NCBI RefSeq assembly: GCF_963921235.1
Contig: NC_086118.1
Location: 23,996,001-24,060,000 of the forward strand
Length of the DNA: 64,000 nucleotides
Origin: Mobula hypostoma
Taxonomy: Eukaryota
Direction of reading: 5' to 3'
Part shown: positions 61,039 through 64,000 of the stretch, one piece after another
Layout of the letters: each line of letters opens with the position of its first letter
Numbering within the stretch: position 1 is the first letter of the stretch
Translations under genes and position numbers: made by a program
Notes under the pieces: generated by a model
What the model saw: the letters and a program-made list of their open reading frames with translations, nothing else
What the model was told of the DNA's origin: nothing
Databases searched by the model: none

Positions 61039-62247
61039 TTATTAGGACCAATCATTCTTCAGTACTTTGTCCACTTTGTAAATAGGAGGCTGGTCATCGA
61101 GGCCAAAGGTCTCCTTTCCTCCCACAATCGAATTCTAATCACAGAAATGTCAGATAGTATGTTTTTAAAGTCATCAACATATTGTGTCTTGTTTCCCTTG
61201 AAAAGCAATCTATTTCATCCTGTTGTCATGATTTGTCCATATCTCGACAGTTTTTTCTCCCTTTTTTAAGTACGTATCCAATCATTTTGAAGGCTGCTAT
61301 TGAATCTCTATCCAGCTCCCTATCACACAAGGTATTCCAAATCCCAGCTATCTGTTGTATAAAAAAATCTATTTACTCAAATCAACTTTGATTCTTTTGC
61401 CAATCAACTTGTATCTGAGCTCATAGTTAAGAAAAAGTTAGCCCACCAATGAATATCATCTATCTTAAGGTAATGCAAGTGCTTTAAAATGTAAGTAGCT
61501 CTATCAGATTTCATCTTTGCCTTGTCTGCTCCAGTTTCTGTTGTACATTCATATACAGTAATTGTAAATCCTAATTCCCGGAAACTATTCTAATCAATAT
61601 CTTCCATACTTGTCTTCAAAGCAACATCCAATAATAGAACAGCAAATAGGAATAGTTAGTGCTTCCTTCCCTTTGATCTTAAATTATGGATGCACATGTA
61701 GGATCATTTTACGTCTAATGAAGTTTTTTTCAATTTTGGACCAATTTCATCTTGCACTATAATTTAGTCCTGGCCCTGTTTTACTGCCTCTAAATATGGA
61801 TCAAACACTTGTTGCTTCACTGCATACTAACTGTAAAACAAAATGTGCGGTAGATGTACAAATTCACCATTTGTTATGCTCAGTTTCAGCAATAATAATA
61901 TTTACAATTTATAAAACATTATCAAGGGAGGAAGTCAACCAATAGTTTTGTTGAAAAGATAGATTCATTCTAGCTTTGTAATGGGTAAGGATGTAAAAAA
62001 TAGATCCAGAGAGAAAAAATATTACAGGCCACTCAGCCTTTTGTGTTTGTCCTAGCCTTCAGTAAGATCTTGGCTTATCTTTCAGTTTATACACTATTTC
62101 ATTCCCCTGCTGCAACACGATATTCTTCGGTACCCTCAGAGTCCAAAAGTCTCCTGACTTGAATGTATTCTGTGACTGTATCTCAGCATCCCACTTGACA
62201 GGTATTCAATACTCCTGATGTAGTCTTATCAATTCCCTATCTAACAT

Positions 62248-62345
62248 CAGTCCTGACTAAGGGGCTAGGCTCAAAACATCGACTGTTTACTCTCTTCCAC
62301 AGGTACTGCCTTGCTTGCTGAGTTCCTCCAGCATTTTGTGTGTGA
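62248..62345 (+). mobile_element. Short PLE terminal fragment starting at a degenerate hammerhead motif
   Basis: cagtcctgactaaggggctaggctcaaaacatcgactg, then the family terminal repeat. Confidence 0.65.
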
Positions 62346-63359
62346 TGTTAATATCAGTAAATTATCTTTACTTCCCAAATTTTTTGCAATGACAAATGCA
62401 ACTTTGCCTTTTTTAATAGCATGGTGTACCTCCATGTTATCCTTCCATGATTCATGTTCAAAGGCACCCTTGTCTGTCTAAGCACCTACAGCTATACTAT
62501 TTCACCATTTAAAATCTGATTTTCTATTTTTTAACTCACATTTTCTCACTTTCTGTTGTGTAGTGAAGATTCACCAGACTAGCTGTAGATTTGGCTAGAA
62601 TGCCATATGAGAAAAGATTAAGAAGACAGGGCCTGGATAGTCCAGTGTAAAGGCATGAGAGGAGATCTCATCAAACTTTCACAATTATTACAGTGCTCTT
62701 CGGACCAGATGCAGGATGGTTATCCTACTGAGGTGTTTAGGAATGAGTGGGGTAGTGGTGGGGGGCGGGGGCGGTAGGGAATTATAAATGAGATGGTGGG
62801 AGCAAATTGAGAGAAGGTTCGACTGAGTTGAATAGAAAGAGAGAAATTTCTTATTTCTTCACAGGGATGCTGGTTAAGCTTAACATTTTTCAGCCTCAGA
62901 CAGCTGTGGAACTGAGTTCATTCAAAATAGAGGACAGTGCATCGAGGGAATCTAAAGGTAGATCAGTTATGATCTTGCTGGATGACAGAGCGGTTCAAAG
63001 ACCATATGAGTCACTCTTTTCTCAATTTCTTTTGCTTTCTTGCCATATCATTCAATTAGTCTGTCTATACCCCCTGAAGCTTCTCTGCACCTTACTCTCA
63101 ACTCGCTTTGTTATCCAGCTTTGCGTTATCTGTAACTTGTATTACATTTGGTCCCCTCATTCAAATCTTTGATATGGACTGCGAATAGCTGGTGCCACAG
63201 CACCAATCTCCATAGCAACTAGCCAGTCACAATCTTGTAACCTCAGAAAATGACCATATATTCTGGCCCAGTAAAATTCAGACTGGAACATTACCCCTAT
63301 CCCAAGTGATAGACCATTGTTTATGAATTATTTGGTGCTGTTATTTCAAAGATCTGTCC

Positions 63360-64000
63360 TGGGACCAGCTTACAAAGCAGGCACAGCAATGCCTCTACTT
63401 TCTTAGAAGTTTCTGAATATTTGGCAAGTTTTCTAAAACTTTAACAAACTTCTACAGAGTGATCAGCAACACTGGGGCTCCACAGGGAACTGTCTTGTCT
63501 CCCTTTCTCTTCACCATTTACACCTCGGACTTCAACTACTGCACAGAGTCTTATCATCTTCAGAAGTTTTCTGATGACTCTGCCATAGTTAGATGCATCA
63601 GCAAGGGAGATGAGGCTGAGTACAGGGCTACGGTAGGAAACTTTGTCACATGGTGTGAGCAGAATTATCTGCAGCTTAATGTGAAAAAGACTAAGGAGCT
63701 GGTGGTAGACCTGAGGAGAGCTAAGGTACCAGTGACCCCTGTTTCCATCCAGGGGGTCAGTGGACATGGTGGAGGATTACAAATACCTGGGGATATGAAT
63801 TGACAATAAACTGGACTGGTCAAAGGACACTGAGGCTGTCTACAAGAAGGGTCAGAACCGTCTCTATTTCCTGAGGAGACCGAGGTCCTTTAACATCTGC
63901 CGGATGATGCTGAGGATGTTCTATGAGTCTGTGGTGGCCAGTGCGATCATGTTTGCTGTTGTGTGCTGGGGCAGCAGGCTGAGGGTAGCAGACACCAACA
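63360..64000 (+). mobile_element. Rex1/Babar RT fragment running off the window end
   Basis: SNTGAPQGTVLSPFLFTIYTSDF...QKFSDDSAIV...LNVKKTKELVVD, frameshifted. Confidence 0.88.

Noticed and set aside
1..64000. CRISPR array, prokaryotic RT system (retron or DGR), or viral gene cassette
   Set aside because: No repeat-spacer array or operon; every RT is a eukaryotic CR1, Rex1, Gypsy or PLE type.

Overview
Repeat-dense vertebrate genomic DNA, most likely a cartilaginous fish such as a ray. This is inferred from HE1-like V-SINEs, CR1/HER1-like LINEs and a SacSINE1/Deu-SINE-like remnant. No host protein-coding gene, rRNA, tRNA or CRISPR array can be supported, so the window reads as intronic or intergenic. 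Almost all long ORFs belong to transposons. These include four long CR1 LINE copies (ORF1 zinc finger plus SGNH esterase; ORF2 endonuclease plus RT), a decayed chromodomain Gypsy element with its 3' LTR, one clear solo LTR, Rex1/Babar fragments and an R4/Dong (Rex6-like) remnant. Also present are Tc1 and hAT non-autonomous elements and two families of Penelope-like elements (PLEs). The most striking signal is about 15 PLE-derived insertions carrying a minimal type I hammerhead ribozyme motif (CTGANGA-stem II-GAAACGTC). One copy, at 28310-28345, has an intact core. Several are ~190-220 bp ORF-less fold-back hairpins with 11-14 bp target-site duplications (TSDs). There are also densely structured ORF-less RTE-like elements, a Tc1 derivative ending in a 57-bp TIR hairpin, and many reciprocal nested insertions. 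All family assignments come from motif recognition by eye, not database searches, and boundaries of decayed copies are approximate.
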